Part shown: piece after piece, positions 25,401-38,520 of the stretch
Numbering within the stretch: the stretch's first letter is position 1
Layout of the letters: each line of letters starts with the position of its first letter
The notes under the pieces: model-generated
Databases searched by the model: none
What the model was told of the DNA's origin: nothing
The model's input: only the letters and a program-made list of their open reading frames with translations
Origin: Amphiscolops sp. MND2022
Lineage: Eukaryota
Length of the DNA: 64,000 nt
Reading direction: 5' to 3'
Assembly: GCA_964187785.1 (NCBI GenBank)
Contig: OZ076409.1
Coordinates: forward strand, 96,598,001-96,662,000
Program-made: the position numbers and the translations under genes

Positions 25401-27648
25401 AAATACAGTCGATAAGAATAGATTCAACGCCATTCAAACCGTTCAAGAAACAACAATGGACATTCGACGAATCGAACAAATCGAAGAAGAAGATCATTCG
25501 GAAGAAACACTAAACTTAACGAAAAGCTGGAAAGAATTAGTCAAACCTGGGGAATACAGAACATCAAATGGAGTCAGGAAAAAATATAACCCGCCAAGAC
25601 ACAACAGAGCAGAAATAAAACGAATAGAAATGACTTTAAATCAACGAAGAAACAGACTGCTCTGGGACCGCATGGAAGGAAAAGATGGAGAAGAAGAAGA
25701 AGAAGAAGAAGAAGAAAACGAACGAAGAAACGAGCTACACTGGGTTTTTGAAAAACTCCGAAACTGGCCACAAAAACAATAACAACAACTAGAAACAGGC
25801 AGTGAAATACAAGAACAAGAAGATTCACCAGAAGCAGAGACAGAATCAACAGGCTCAATTGAATCTCTGGGCCTTCCCGCAAAAACTTCAAAAAGTACAT
25901 CGGAGCAACCGGTGTCCAATACATTCAAATGGGACAAGCCAGTCACGTGCAAGAAGAAACAAAATGGGATTTAGAAGAAACAATTAGACAAGCGGAGCAA
26001 AAAATTTGCGACCGACCTGAGAACAATCGCCAAAGAAACAACCAATGACGAGAAACTACTAAAAACATTAGTACGTCTCGAACGAAGAACATTGGAACAA
26101 ACCCCAGAAGAATACAAAACCTACCAAAAACAACTATCAACGAGATTCGGGGTGGTATTTTACGACGACCGAATTATCATTCTAAAATCCCTCAGAACAA
26201 CCATTATAATGTTACTACACAAAGGACATGCAACCATAAACAAAACGACAGCAGCAGCTAAACCGTTTCGGTGGCCACGACTGATACGAGACAAACAACA
26301 GAAATGCGACGCGTGCATTCCGTGCAAAATGGCAGGTAAGAACATTAGACCACAATTACCAATGACCGAAATCAATTACGTACCACCTGCGGAGAAAACA
26401 AACCAAGAAATCCAATTGGACTTCATCGGACCAATAAGATTTAAACACCGGAGATTCTACATATTGCTTTCAATAGACCGGTATAGCAGATGGCCGGCGG
26501 CAAGTATTTGTGAAGCACCAACTGGAAAGACAGCAAAAAAATTTTTGGAACGATACATAACGCTCAACGGCCTACCACAAACCATAAGAACAGATAAAGG
26601 TACGGCCTTCACCGGAAAAGAATTTAGAGATTTTTGTAAATCACCAAATATCAAACTAATTTAAGGAACACCGTATATCCATACCCCTACCGGCTTGATA
26701 GAAAGAGGAATCAAAACACTAAAAGATTACTTACGAACAAACCTTGAAGAAGGTTACGCAATTAACGAGGCATTAAGCCGTTCACTAAACGTAATGAGAA
26801 TGACGGTCCATTCAAGCATAAAAGAAACACCATTCGAGCGTCACTACGGTAGAACGCCGCGAACGGAAATTCATAAATATTTGAATGTGTCACCTAACAA
26901 ACAATATAATGTTTCAGCAAGACCAGAGACGCTACAAGTGTATTCATTTACCAATGGAAAAGGAAAATACGACCAACTGGTAATGAAAACCCCGTGAAAA
27001 CTAAAGGAAGATGTGAGTAATAAATTCCCTTATCTTTTCCTCGAAAGAAAACAAAATAGGGACAAATTCGAAAGTATGTACGAAAACAATTCACAAATGG
27101 CTATAGCCGGAACAGAACATACCATAATAACGGACACGAATAAAATAATACATAGAAAAAGAGCAAGCAAACCAATAAACCAAATATTTCAGAATCCCCT
27201 ATCACGACGAGGAGAAAACCCGTTGGGAAAAGATGGACGGTTCACAATGATCGAACAGCAGGAGGAAAACACCAATACAGCGGAACACTCAGACAGATGC
27301 AGCACACCGGTGTTAGAACAAAACGTGTTAGACAACACACTGACCACAATGACGCAAGAACTAGACTGGGGAAATACATCTATCAGTCCAGTGTACGGCA
27401 TAGGACAAAAAAAGCTAATCAGAGATAGAAAGAACACACCAACACCTGGAACAACAATCAATGCAAGACCAACCACGGAAAGCGATCCAAACATAATCAC
27501 AGTGGTGGATCAAAACGGTAAAACCGATTTAATAAAATCCGAAAGCATAGAACCAAATGAAAACGAAAACGAACATAATATGCAAAAGTAAACTAGACTA
27601 AGATCCACTAATCCAATAAATAGATACGGCAATCCAATTACATTCTGA
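22413..27648 (+). pseudogene. gag-pol, disrupted
   Basis: Mag-type HMCPAK..CRNCKRRGHYEKMC; IIDSGSP (23468); IALDSRKLN; (W>stop)LDD at 24351; TTDAS; TDHQAL; LHKGH..CIPC; LDFIGP; RTDKGTAF; terminal RSTNPINRYGN. Confidence 0.92.
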
Positions 27649-27900
27649 GTATTACAGGTATCACCGTTAACAAATGGAACGGAAATGACAACCAGTAGAA
27701 GAAGCAAGACACAACAACTGGAAGGAGCAAAATCAGAAGAAAGAAGAAAGCCGACAAAAGAAGAAGAAGAGGATTGTACGGTAGAAACTGTACTTGAAAT
27801 AGAAACAAACATTTTGACCATTCGGTGCTATGTTTACCGTTTGAAATTTGAGTTTACTTTTGTTGTGTTCATAGTTACACTGTATGTACACTCACATCCC

Positions 27901-27914
27901 GAAGGAAGGGGGAA
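27901..27914 (+). promoter_or_regulatory. Polypurine tract
   Basis: GAAGGAAGGGGGAA abutting the 3' LTR. Confidence 0.85.
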
Positions 27915-28104
27915 TGTGACATGACGTCACACTATGTACTAATTTACATACGTGCTAAAAATAGTAGTACTGACACTTTAGTACCAGTCAATAGTACTAC
28001 CTTTTAACATACATATGCTGACCTATTCACTTAACCTTTATACTTTGAATCGAATAGAAGCTTCAGCATTACAATCTTTTCGTTTGTATTCACGAGATAC
28101 AACA
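27915..28104 (+). repeat. 3' LTR (190 bp)
   Basis: Direct repeat followed by TSD AGCGC. Confidence 0.95.
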
Positions 28105-28502
28105 AGCGCACACAAAACTGCAAAAGTTAGTAGCTAACAAATGTCCGCTGATTTTTCACTTTTAAATTTTCAACCGTTTTTTTTCAACAAAAAGTGTTTG
28201 GGACAAACATTGTACCTTTGATTCAGATCTTTAACTTTTGAATCGAACACTTTTTCTGAAAACACCCTCCTTAAGAATATTACATCGAAAAATGATCAGA
28301 AAATGCTTTTAAGACTTTTTGTAAAAAAGAATATATCAGAAGATTTCGCGCTGTGAAAATTTTCGTTAGCCAAAATGAATTTATTCGAAGTCACAGGACG
28401 GAACCAACCCCGGGAAAAAGTTCCTTCTAACTTTCATGAACATTTGACATTCAAAATTTCAATGAATTATACAACTGCATACATTATTCATACATGAACA
28501 TG

Positions 28503-28827
28503 CCTCCTCCTAGAATGTCATCGTGACTGGAGACAGCGAACCAGAGCAGAATATCCCAAGCCGCTTCCCTGTTTTCCATGCTGATGCTTGTCGATTTGCA
28601 GAGCCCTTCGAAAATTCTTGGAAGAACATCGAAGTTTGTTTCATTTGCGTCATCATCTCCGTAATTCTTGTCGAAACTCTCCTCCAAAAGTTCATCCAAT
28701 AAACACTCATTATCGTCTTTGTCTCTGATCTCGTTTTTGGAAAATGTCATAATAGGTCCTGAGGATGTGAAAAACTCGACTTTTGATTGGGAAATCAAGA
28801 GGAAATCCATAAAAAGCATGAGAAAAC
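28503..28827 (-). CDS. Exon of host gene A (3' boundary uncertain)
   Basis: TTTTTCCAG acceptor, phase 1; open frame FLMLFMDF...AAWDILLWFAVSSHDDILG; donor possibly GC-type GAG|GCATGT. Confidence 0.5.
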
Positions 28828-29338
28828 CTGGAAAAAAATCATGAAAACCCAACGAGGTTGAAGTAATCAAACATATAGAAACAGAATACGTTTTTCTGGA
28901 TTGCGAAATATTCTTGAAAACGAACTTTTTATATACCATGTGTTTTGGAAGCAATCTAGCTGATAAATTGGCGTTTATTCAAATACTGGAGAATTGAACT
29001 ATTTCAGTTCGCAAAAAATTCAACTGTGAAAATCAGTGTTTAAAGAAAAATTCACGTTCTCTAATAGTTTTCAAAGATTCCAAATGGAATTTTTGCTTTG
29101 ATATTTGGTGTTATTATTTTTAGTCTTGTCAAGAAAAAATCATGAATTTTACTTTATAAAGTATAACTCTATAGAGCAGGATTTTTTTCTATACTTTTAT
29201 CCAACAATTTTTATCTGAAACAATATATAATTGAATATATTGAAACTATGTATTTTGAATAATAGCCTTCATTTTCTTGAAAAGTCTTTTCACACTGAGA
29301 GAACTTTAAATGATCTTTTGACAGCCTCAGCTTCAACC

Positions 29339-29504
29339 GAAAGTATCAATGGACAAGTTTTTGTGCACATAATCTCGGATTGCTCGAATTCTGTCCCAAT
29401 GGTCATCCTGGAAACCCTCCTCGGATTCTTCCTCACAGAAGTCGTGCAGAACTTTGAGCTTTTCACGAACCCATTTGACAACGTCTTCGTTTGTATCCAT
29501 CCAT
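29339..29504 (-). CDS. Probable first coding exon of host gene A (MDTNEDVVKWVREKLKVL...)
   Basis: Protein-like open frame ending G|GT in phase 1, matching the 28827 acceptor. Start position approximate. Confidence 0.4.
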
Positions 29505-29810
29505 AAAGCAAGTCCCAGACTCAGTTTTTAAAAATAGACGCTATTTAATATATTGTTTATTATTTTATGGGAACTTCGATTAACTAGATAAAAACTAAAA
29601 CGTGAAACTTACTATTTCAGTTTGAAAACTAGACTGTTAATTATATTGTTTATTTCTTTCCCAAAACTTCGATCAAATAGAATTTTCTAGTTAATTGAAG
29701 CTTTCGGAAAATAAGCAATTGTTTATTATTTTCCAAAAACTTCGATCAAGTAGAAAATTCTAATTGACCGAAGTTTTTGGAAAGAATTAAACAATATATT
29801 TAACAGCGTA

Positions 29811-29906
29811 AAACGTACAATTTCAGTAAAAACTAGACGCTATTTAATATATTAATATATATTAATATATTAAATAGCGTCTAGTTTTTACTGAAATTGT
29901 ACGTTT
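29811..29906. repeat. Perfect 96-bp spacerless palindrome
   Basis: Base-by-base symmetry around 29858/29859. Confidence 0.95.
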
Positions 29907-30717
29907 CACGTTTTCGTTTTCCTTAAGTTACTTAATTAAACCAAAACGCGAAACTCGCCTAAACTTCCAGTGTTACAAGTTTGTAACATTAAAAACTCAA
30001 CGGTATTGTGGTTTCCACATTTAATTTTGTAACTTCAATATCAACAAAAAGAGCATTTCAAAATTTTTCTCTCCAATTCTCGTACATTTCATTGCTTGTA
30101 ATTGGCTACGCAGCATGAAACTTCGCTAAAACCCTTCTTTGGAGTCCAGTCTTTGCAAAATATCAAAAAAAATTCAAGAAAATTGTTTTTGAATTTTTAT
30201 TCTTTTGGGGTCATTTTCAAGGATTTAGAGAAAATTTTCATTATCTTGAGGTCATCTGATAACTTTCCAATTTTTTTTTCGACCCATATTTAAAAGCAAA
30301 CAGGTTTTCACCGGATTCCAAAACAGTCGCTGACGCTAAACTGCAAGAAACATCCTATTTTGGGCTTTTTGTCTGAAACTTGCTCTCAAATAGCTTGCAG
30401 TTTGTGAAACGATTGGTGAAACGATTGGTACTCTGGTTTTTAGAAGGTTTCTCTGCCAATGATGTGATACAGCAAATAATACCAATGAGCAAATATCAAG
30501 ATCAAGGTATGAAAATATAGTCCAGTCTGTCTCGTGGGAAGGGGGCGTTTAGAAAACAAATAAATTAACAAACTTCTGATATTTTGTTATTGTAAGGTTG
30601 AGTCCGAAAAGCCAAAGTTGTCGAATGACGATGAAACCATTCACTTTTCGAGAGAATAAACAAACCGGACCAGACAAAACTTTGTTGAATGAAACCGTGA
30701 CAAAACAAATAAATACA

Positions 30718-31373
30718 CAGTAGTGATATTTCTAAAAGCAACAAAAGGCAATCGATATATCTCTAAAACAGCGGCGATTTTTGAAAAATAATAAAAGTGA
30801 AAGTTTCTTAGATTTTTATCTAGTTTACAAATATGTTTATTTGGAGATTATGCGATGAAAATTGTAGAAGTTACGATAGGCCATTTTAGGCCAAATTTAA
30901 GTAAAAATTGAGGTTTTTCTCACTTTTGGTCTACTTTTGCTCAAAATTTTTGAAATAATTTTTGTTCAAATGACCCCCTGATTTAACTGAAGCCCCTGAT
31001 ATGTTTTGATTTAGAAAGCATCTTGAAATCGTAGAAAAAATGCGATGTAAAATTAGACTTTTTCCGAAAAAACATGTATTAAGGTATGATTTTGAAGTTT
31101 AACAACTTAAAACAAGCCCATACTAATGCAATTTAGAATAATTAGAGAAAAAAACTATATTGTCAGATTCGAAATGTTCGGGAGATTTTTGTCGAAAATA
31201 TTTTGAAATCAAAAAAATTGTAAGTGGCTCAAAAATCCAAAAAACTAAAAAATGATGTTTTGGAAATCGCTCTCGACTAATGAAATGAGCGCGTGAGACC
31301 TTGATCGGCCAATGAGATTTGTTTATTTGCTTTCTTTCCACGTGCTATGCTGCTTCTTCTAGAATCACTACTG
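30718..31373. mobile_element. MITE with CAGTAGTGAT TIRs
   Basis: TIRs CAGTAGTGAT / ATCACTACTG; opposite-orientation copy at 56342-56999. Confidence 0.75.
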
Positions 31374-33329
31374 GAAATTCTTTCAACTAAGCTAACAAAC
31401 AACTATAACACAGAGGCGAAACCGTACTTCGCAAACACTTGCGAAGAAAGTTGCGAACTTTTGAAGAGAAAGCCAAATGAGCAATATCATACGGGGAACC
31501 AAGGATTAAGGAGTCGGAAAACTTAAAACAAACCCTGAACGGCCCAAGTCGGGGCCCCTCTCAAGGTTCAAAAAAAGTGAAGTTTTTTAAACGTGCAAAA
31601 GAACACTATCAAAATTTCATCAACTTTACAGTGCCAAAAATACCGCAAGGGATACGCATAAGACTCGAAAACCTATCCTCCCAATGGAAACAGCAGAAAC
31701 CCACCTTTCTCAATCGAAAACCTTTCAAATAACAAAAAAAAATTGAAAAAAATTGAAATTTTCCGAAAAATTTTTTGATGACGATCGCCGAAAACCCTAG
31801 AGAGTCCTTCATGCTCGCAAATCGTTTAGTTTGAAAAAAAATTGCGAGCTGCTTCGATGAAAACTAATAAGAAAAAAGTCGCTTATGACGTTCCGCATTC
31901 GTATTTGAATTTCAGGTGAAGCTTTTAACGTACGGCTAAATAACGCTCCTTCGCTTCATCTCAATGAAAGCGTACTCTCGTTATTAGAATTGAATAAACT
32001 CGTTGGGTATTGGAGTAGCGCTGCCGCACTACTACAAGAACTGGTGACGGAAACGGATTGATAAAAAACTGCCATGGTTGAAACTACTTGAACTTTTTAC
32101 AAGTTTTTGTAGGTTATCAAGCTTATTTTTTAAATCATTTTATTAATTTCGCAAGAAAACGTCCATGCATTAAAACGTCACTGATTCGATTTGATTTTAT
32201 CAAGGTTCCTATGAAATGCATGCTAAATTTGGCGGCAATTCCGAGACACGATGTTTTGCAGGTTTCATTAGGACGCAGTTCTAATTTTGAAATTTTGAAA
32301 GCTGCTGAGACCTTCATCAATTTTACCGCGCTTTCAATGCAAATAAACTTCAGTCACAATATAAGTTTCAACGTAGCGATGGCGATCGCGGTGGTGAAGA
32401 AGTGAAAATATTTTCAGTTTTAATTGAAATAGTCGAAGCTGCATTGTAATCCTACAAAACTTCTCCAGGGGTGCTTCCAGTATTTTCTATATTTGTCAAA
32501 AATTGAGATTGAATTCATAGATGCAAAATGGAAAACTTTCCGGCAGGTTCGATTAGGGTGAATAAAAAGTAAACTTCTACCTCATCTTCAACACTTCGGC
32601 AAAATAATTGTTCTCCTAATATTTCATGTTTCGTCAGAACTCCGATGGCACCGGTAATCACATATTTGAGAACCTTAGGCTCTACACGCCTGTTTTGAAC
32701 AAAATTTTCCCCGGAAAAGTTAGAATGCTGGGTTTCGTGATAACAGTTAGGAAAAAGTCTTTTCTTTACCCTGTAAGGTCTCTGTAAGTAACAACATACG
32801 AAAAACATTGCAGAGCTACTTCGCCTCTAGGTTTTTCAGGGCTAAGTGCCAAAAGCGATCCAGAAACTCAGAGAAGCCCTTAGCCATCTAAAAAAATAAA
32901 CAAGCCTCCTTGTAGCTACAGAAAAAATCAAAACTTTTCTTGAAGACAAACCGTTGTAAATTGGGATCAAAGACTAGTGCGAATGTCTAATTTTTCATTC
33001 AAATGAATTGATGCAACCTCTGCCTAAAGCATTGGGCAACTGAACGAAAATATTTGAAATTCGCAAAAAATTCAACGTACTTGTAGTTAGTATGACCTGT
33101 AGAGGTGTTGCCTAATGAAAGCAATCGGCTCGTGTTCGTAGTTTTGCCAACTGTTTTTCCAGATCAAAAAGTCTTGGTGGTCCGTGCACGATCTTGCCAT
33201 AACTTTATTGTAGTTATTTTCATTTGACGTTGGTGGAACCCTATCAATCGCTGACAATGTAGTTTTTAAAAAATGCTATTTATGTGTCAAACAAATTTTC
33301 AAAAATTAACATTAAGTTTATGTATATTG

Positions 33330-35686
33330 TTTTAGTCGGCGCTTCATGAAGTGAAACGCGACTATTATAGTGAGTCTTTTTCTTTCAATCCACCCTAACT
33401 GACCAAAATAGTTCTACAAAAGTTCTACAATTTTTAATGCTCCCAAATTGAATTGTTCGGCCTTGCGAACTGAACCAAAAAAGTTTTTCATCTTTTTCCG
33501 CGTAACATACCATACAGGGAGAGACTAAATGGTCCCCCTTTCAGTTTTTCGGCAGTGTCAAACTTTTTTTCGCAGGAAAAGTTTTTTTCTCCAAAGAGTC
33601 ACCCTCATTTTTGATGGTTTGCGACAGAATGGATGTTGAAAAATCTCAAAGGGTCCCGCTTTCAGTTTTTTCGGCATTGTGAGAGTTTTCATTGCAATTT
33701 TTTTTCACAAAGGGTCCCCCATCAATTTTTTGATGTTTTGCAACAGTGGATGTTAGAAAATGCGAAAAGATCCATATTTTAGCGCGCCATGGGCCCGCGC
33801 TAGTGGGCACCTGCCGCGTCAGTTCCGTCGTTTGTGTTTTTCGTGAGTTTGATACTCGTTTCGTGAGTTTAAAACTTTGAGTTTTTTGACAATTTGATGT
33901 CCTTTTTTTGAGCCTTAGATATGGCGCCGACTTATGCCGTTCCCGGCTTGTTTTTTTTAATGAAAAAGGGTAACATGTTACTTTGATGTGGGTACAAGAT
34001 CATCATTGGTTTAGCTGTCCCTTATCAACAGAGACTGTTATTTTCGTGACCCTCGGGAAATGGGCAATTTAATGACAATGTCTCACCCTACCTTGTTTGT
34101 TTTTAGTTGGCGCTTCATGAAGTGAAACGCGACTATTATAGTAACTCTTTTTTTCAATCCACACGAACTGATCAAAAAAGTTCTAGAGTTCTACGAAATT
34201 TTATGGTGTCAAATTGAACCATTTGACATAGCGAACAGGATCAAAAAGGTTTTTCTTTTTTTTCTGGTAACATCATTACCGGGCGAGACTAAAGGGTTCC
34301 CCATTTCAGTTTTTGGGCACTGTGAAACTTATTTTCCCAAAAAAATTCCCTAAGTGTCCCTCCTTCAATTTTTGATGTTTTGCAATAATGGATGTTAAAA
34401 AATCCGAAAGGGTCTCAAGTTCGGTTGCTTGGGTTTTCGAAAGTGTTTCGGAACTCCCTTTGTGAGTTTGATACTTTGAGTTTTTGACACTTTCTTGTCC
34501 TTTTGCTATTTTCGAGTCTTAGACATGACGCCGATTCGGGCCTGTCCCGGCTTGTCTTGTCTCCTGCTTCCAACATTATATGTTAGCTGTGGCAAAGAAA
34601 ACTGTAATTGGATCACTGCAACCTTAACTTGGTAGACAAAGGGCTGGTGTTCAGGTCAGCGTAAAAACAGCAATGCACTGATCGTTCATTTTTTGTCGGC
34701 GCTTTTATTAGTAAAAGAGGCCGGCTATTACAGTCAGCGGTTTTTTAAAGACAGACTCGAAGCGACGAAATTTTTGTTCAGTTTGTTCAACTAAACGAAT
34801 ACGTGGGAAAGGCATCTAAATTATTGCAGAGTCCCCCCTTTCATTCTTTACTTTTTAAACGTAACATACCGGATGAGACGAAAGGGTCCCCCTTCCAATT
34901 TTTTTTGGCGCCGTGAGATTTTTCCGATTTTTTTGTCTTCAAAGGGTCCCTCCTTTGATTTTATTGATGTCCCGCCTCGTAATATCCGGAAATAAGTGCT
35001 ATATCCGAACTTTTGACGTTATATCCGTTTTTGCGTTTATATTGCGTTTTTTTAAGGAGGATGCGGAGGAGGTCCGAAAACAGGAGTTTTTCATGAAAAG
35101 ATCCCTGTGCATATTTCAAAGCTGTGCTTTTTGAGCCTTAGATTTAACGCCGACTTTGGACGTTCCCGTCTTGTTCCGAGAGCTTCTACATCCAATTTCA
35201 CATAAATCCCTAAGGAAACTCTTACCTCTTCGGTGTTCTCTCTTTGCTTGGCACGATGCGGGCCCAAAGAGCTTACTTAGGGTTTTTAGTCGGCGCTTTT
35301 CGTAGAAAAACGCAACCTATAGTAGTGACTTTTCTTTTTAAGTCAGCGCTTTTTGTAGAAAACGCAGATTATAGTAGTTACTTTTCTATTTTTTAAAAGA
35401 CCAACGAAGTGACAGATTTTATAAGCTTTATAAGCTGACTTGAACTAACACTAAATGCCACACTACTTCTACTGGCACTTGAGATAGAGGTTAATTAGGC
35501 TTTTTTGAGGTCCCCTTTTACATTTTTCGGCACTATGCGACTTCCCGGGGACCAGAAAAAATTTTTGAAAATTTCGAATTTTTTCCTCATGAGGGTACTG
35601 TAGAAGAGAATACTTGACACTTTGAAGTCCTTTTGCTATTTTTGAGCTTTAGACATGGCGCCGACTTGGGCCGTTCCCGGCTTGTT
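33330..35686 (+). mobile_element. Cluster of four H1 copies (33330-33952, 34100-34555, 34689-35175, 35283-35686)
   Basis: Each starts with a T-run plus GTCGGCGCTT-like subTIR and ends CGCCGA..CCCG.CTTGT. Confidence 0.75.
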
Positions 35687-37287
35687 GATCTTTTTACACC
35701 TTCTACATGAAACGTTTGCGTTCGGCTTTTTGTCGTAGTGTTCCGACCCTTGTTGGAAATACGAATTAAAATGCATCTCTTGACAAACTTTTCAACTAAG
35801 TTGGTTGTCGCATTGAGTCACAATTGACTATCCATAATTAATCAGCTACCCGAGTTTATTGAGCTAATCCCCGACAAAAGTGAAGTGTTTCAAGCGCTAC
35901 GAATTGGTATGTTCATACAAAATTGGTAAGTTACAGGCTGGAACTAGCTGACCGGGTTTTTTGGTTAAAAATTGAGCAAATCGAAATGAACTTACGTTAT
36001 AGATGATTAGCAAAAACTGGTTTTAAAAATTCTGAGCAAAAGAATTCTCATTTTCTCAAAGAAGAAATAATTCGTAAACGTCTGGTTATTGGGATGGCTT
36101 GAACCCGTCGCGGAAAAAAATCCAATTTTTAAACCGGAAGTTTTGCCTTTGAACGCTTGATGTCATAGACAGTACTGCTAGGACAGAAAGAAAACCTGCG
36201 AATTTTTGCCCGTGAGACAAGCCGAGGCTAATGAACCATCAACGCAGGCAAACTTTTCTAACCGTTTTCCGAAACGCTGAGTAACGAATGCAAACTGTAC
36301 TACGACAGTATTAGAAACGTTTCCAATAGACTGTATGTATTTCGCTGTAATTTCACATTTTGAGATGTCTTTAAAACATGTTCAAAACTCTAGTTCTGTC
36401 TAGGAAAGCGCTGACTAAACACGTTTTTTCATTGGTGCCACCAATGGGTCTTTCCATCTTCGCACAAATCAAAATGAATCCCATCTCTTTCGGCCAGTAA
36501 TTGGAACTGGAGTGCTCATAGCAAAATTCAAACAAAAACGATTGAACAAAATGAAGATTTTTGTCATGTTTAAAACTCAAACATGTTTAAAACGCGGCAT
36601 GTTTTAAACATGCGAACCTGGAAAAAAGTTTTAATTTCGTTTGAAAGTTTCCGTAAAGTAAAAAACTATCACGTCAAACGATATTTTGACCATGATGGCG
36701 CCCACTTCACCTGTTTCAAGCCTGAAAAAATTTTCTGTCCCTGTGATGTGATAAATGAAAAAAAATAATTGAAAAAATTGATTTTGGACCATGTAAATTT
36801 ATAAAATAGAAAAATGAGATGGAGGCAATGAAGCTTTTATGTATGTTATCACGTGGAATAGAAATTTCGACCTACCCAAAGCACAAATTGTACTTGATTG
36901 GCTAATTATCATTTACAACTTTAATTATTCTTCATTGGGGGTGAGTTTTGAAAAGTATAAATTGTAAAAATAAATCTTTGCTCTTTCTTCAAGTCTGTCA
37001 GTATAAATAGGGGAGCAGGGCGACTAAATCAAGCCACTTGTACGCTGTGAAACCAGATCATGTTCGATGTCAGTGTTGATACGTTGCTTGGCTCTAACCC
37101 CTTCAAGCACACACAATAGGATGAACATTTTATGAATCGAGCTAAAATCGCTTTCAACGCAAGTATTGCTTTCTGAAACTTTTATTCAAAAAGCTTTAAA
37201 CGTTTCTCTATGAATATATTTTTCAATATCTTGATGTTTAATTGAATCTTAAAACCGAAAACCGTTTTGAAAAACAGATGGATCAAA

Positions 37288-37561
37288 TTCTCCGCCCACA
37301 TATAATGGGGGAGGATAATAATCTGTGGTGCGTTTTTACGCAAATTCTGCCAAATCTCCACAATCTCCATCCACTTCACTTGACTATTTTAGTTATTCGA
37401 CTATTTCAGTTACTTGTTACTCCATTTAACAAATTCTAGTCACCATGGCGCAGTTGGTAGTGCGTCTGCCTGGCAGACACGAAGTCATGGGTTCGAACTG
37501 CATCGTGCTGATGCGTTAATTTTTAGCGGAAAACATTCCGGTGTTTAGCGGGCGTCTTGTT
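37288..37561 (+). mobile_element. Helentron/DINE-like family H2 copy with internal tRNA-like module
   Basis: TCCGCCC / GCGGAAAA subTIRs, 3' CCGG..GCGGG hairpin, CTTGTT end; A box TGGCGCAGTTGG, B box GGTTCGAAC. Confidence 0.65.
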
Positions 37562-37934
37562 CAAATAATCTAACGTCACTGAAAGTCTGATAAAAAATTC
37601 CAATTGTGGAGATTAGAAGGGTCTTTTCGATACTTCCATGAAATTGATAGATCGTCAGAAATGGCTGGGCTGCATGTTAAGTTGCACCCGAAGGTTTTCC
37701 AAGTTTAAGACAGTCCTCCCTCAAGAACTATGGCACTTATAGAGGACTTAATCGTAGCTGGTTGACTGCAGGTCGATCTATAGCCGCTACGAAACTAATA
37801 CATTCTATGTATTGATGTTTGTCTTCCGATTTACACTGATTTTTTACACGTTTTGATATATTAAATACTGACGAATTTATACAAAGGTGTTTTCAATTCG
37901 CATTTTAGTTGTCACGTATGGATATATTTGAAAA

Positions 37935-38400
37935 AGGTCCCTGCTGGGCGCAGTATTATTTCTGCTTTAGGCTTTCATGTTCAGTTATAGAAGCATATCT
38001 GGAATAACTATACGCTCCTGTTCAACTATTATTTAGCGCACAAATAATCACTGTACCAGTTTACAACGCCTTTAATTCTTCTCGGAGTAAAGAAAATATA
38101 ACTACTAAGCGTAGACAAAGTTTCGCATTCGCTTTTAAATGCATGCGAAGTTCTCAGCGTACGAAAACACATGTTCGCTTCATTTCAATGAATTCAGCGT
38201 ACGAATGCATAATTAACACTCGCTCGCTTCATCGCACGAGAATTGAATAAACTAACTGTCGCCGACAGCTTAAGAAATTGAAATCTCACGCTCATACTCC
38301 CTGCCGAACCAAATATCTGAATCTTTTTCACTAGGTACCCGGTTAACGAACAAACTCGGCTGAAAAAAAACGACTCCTTCCAGTTTCTATATTATTTCTG
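37935..38400 (+). repeat. Interspersed repeat family R3 (also 46466-47240, 57267-57503, 58981-59478)
   Basis: Shared TATTATTTCTGC, CCAGTTTACA..CGCCTTTAA and GCTTCATCTCAATG blocks; fuller copies end GCAGAAA..ATAATA. Confidence 0.7.
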
Positions 38401-38520
38401 AAATGTTCATCCCTGATGTCAGGCTAGAGCGAGTGGGGGTAACTCGGGCGGGCAGGCAGGCAGGGTAATACCTCGGGGGCGGGGCGGGGCGTTGTTGTAT
38501 GTCTGAGTTGTGTAGAGTGT

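Larger units (their letters stand above)
22207..28104 (+). mobile_element. Ty3/gypsy Mag-type LTR retrotransposon (5.9 kb, decayed)
   Basis: 190-bp LTRs with 3 differences; TSD AGCGC; PBS TGGCGCAGT; PPT GAAGGAAGGGGGAA. Confidence 0.95.

Noticed and set aside
32515..32808. 97-aa minus-strand ORF as a host exon
   Set aside because: No recognisable motif or linked exons.
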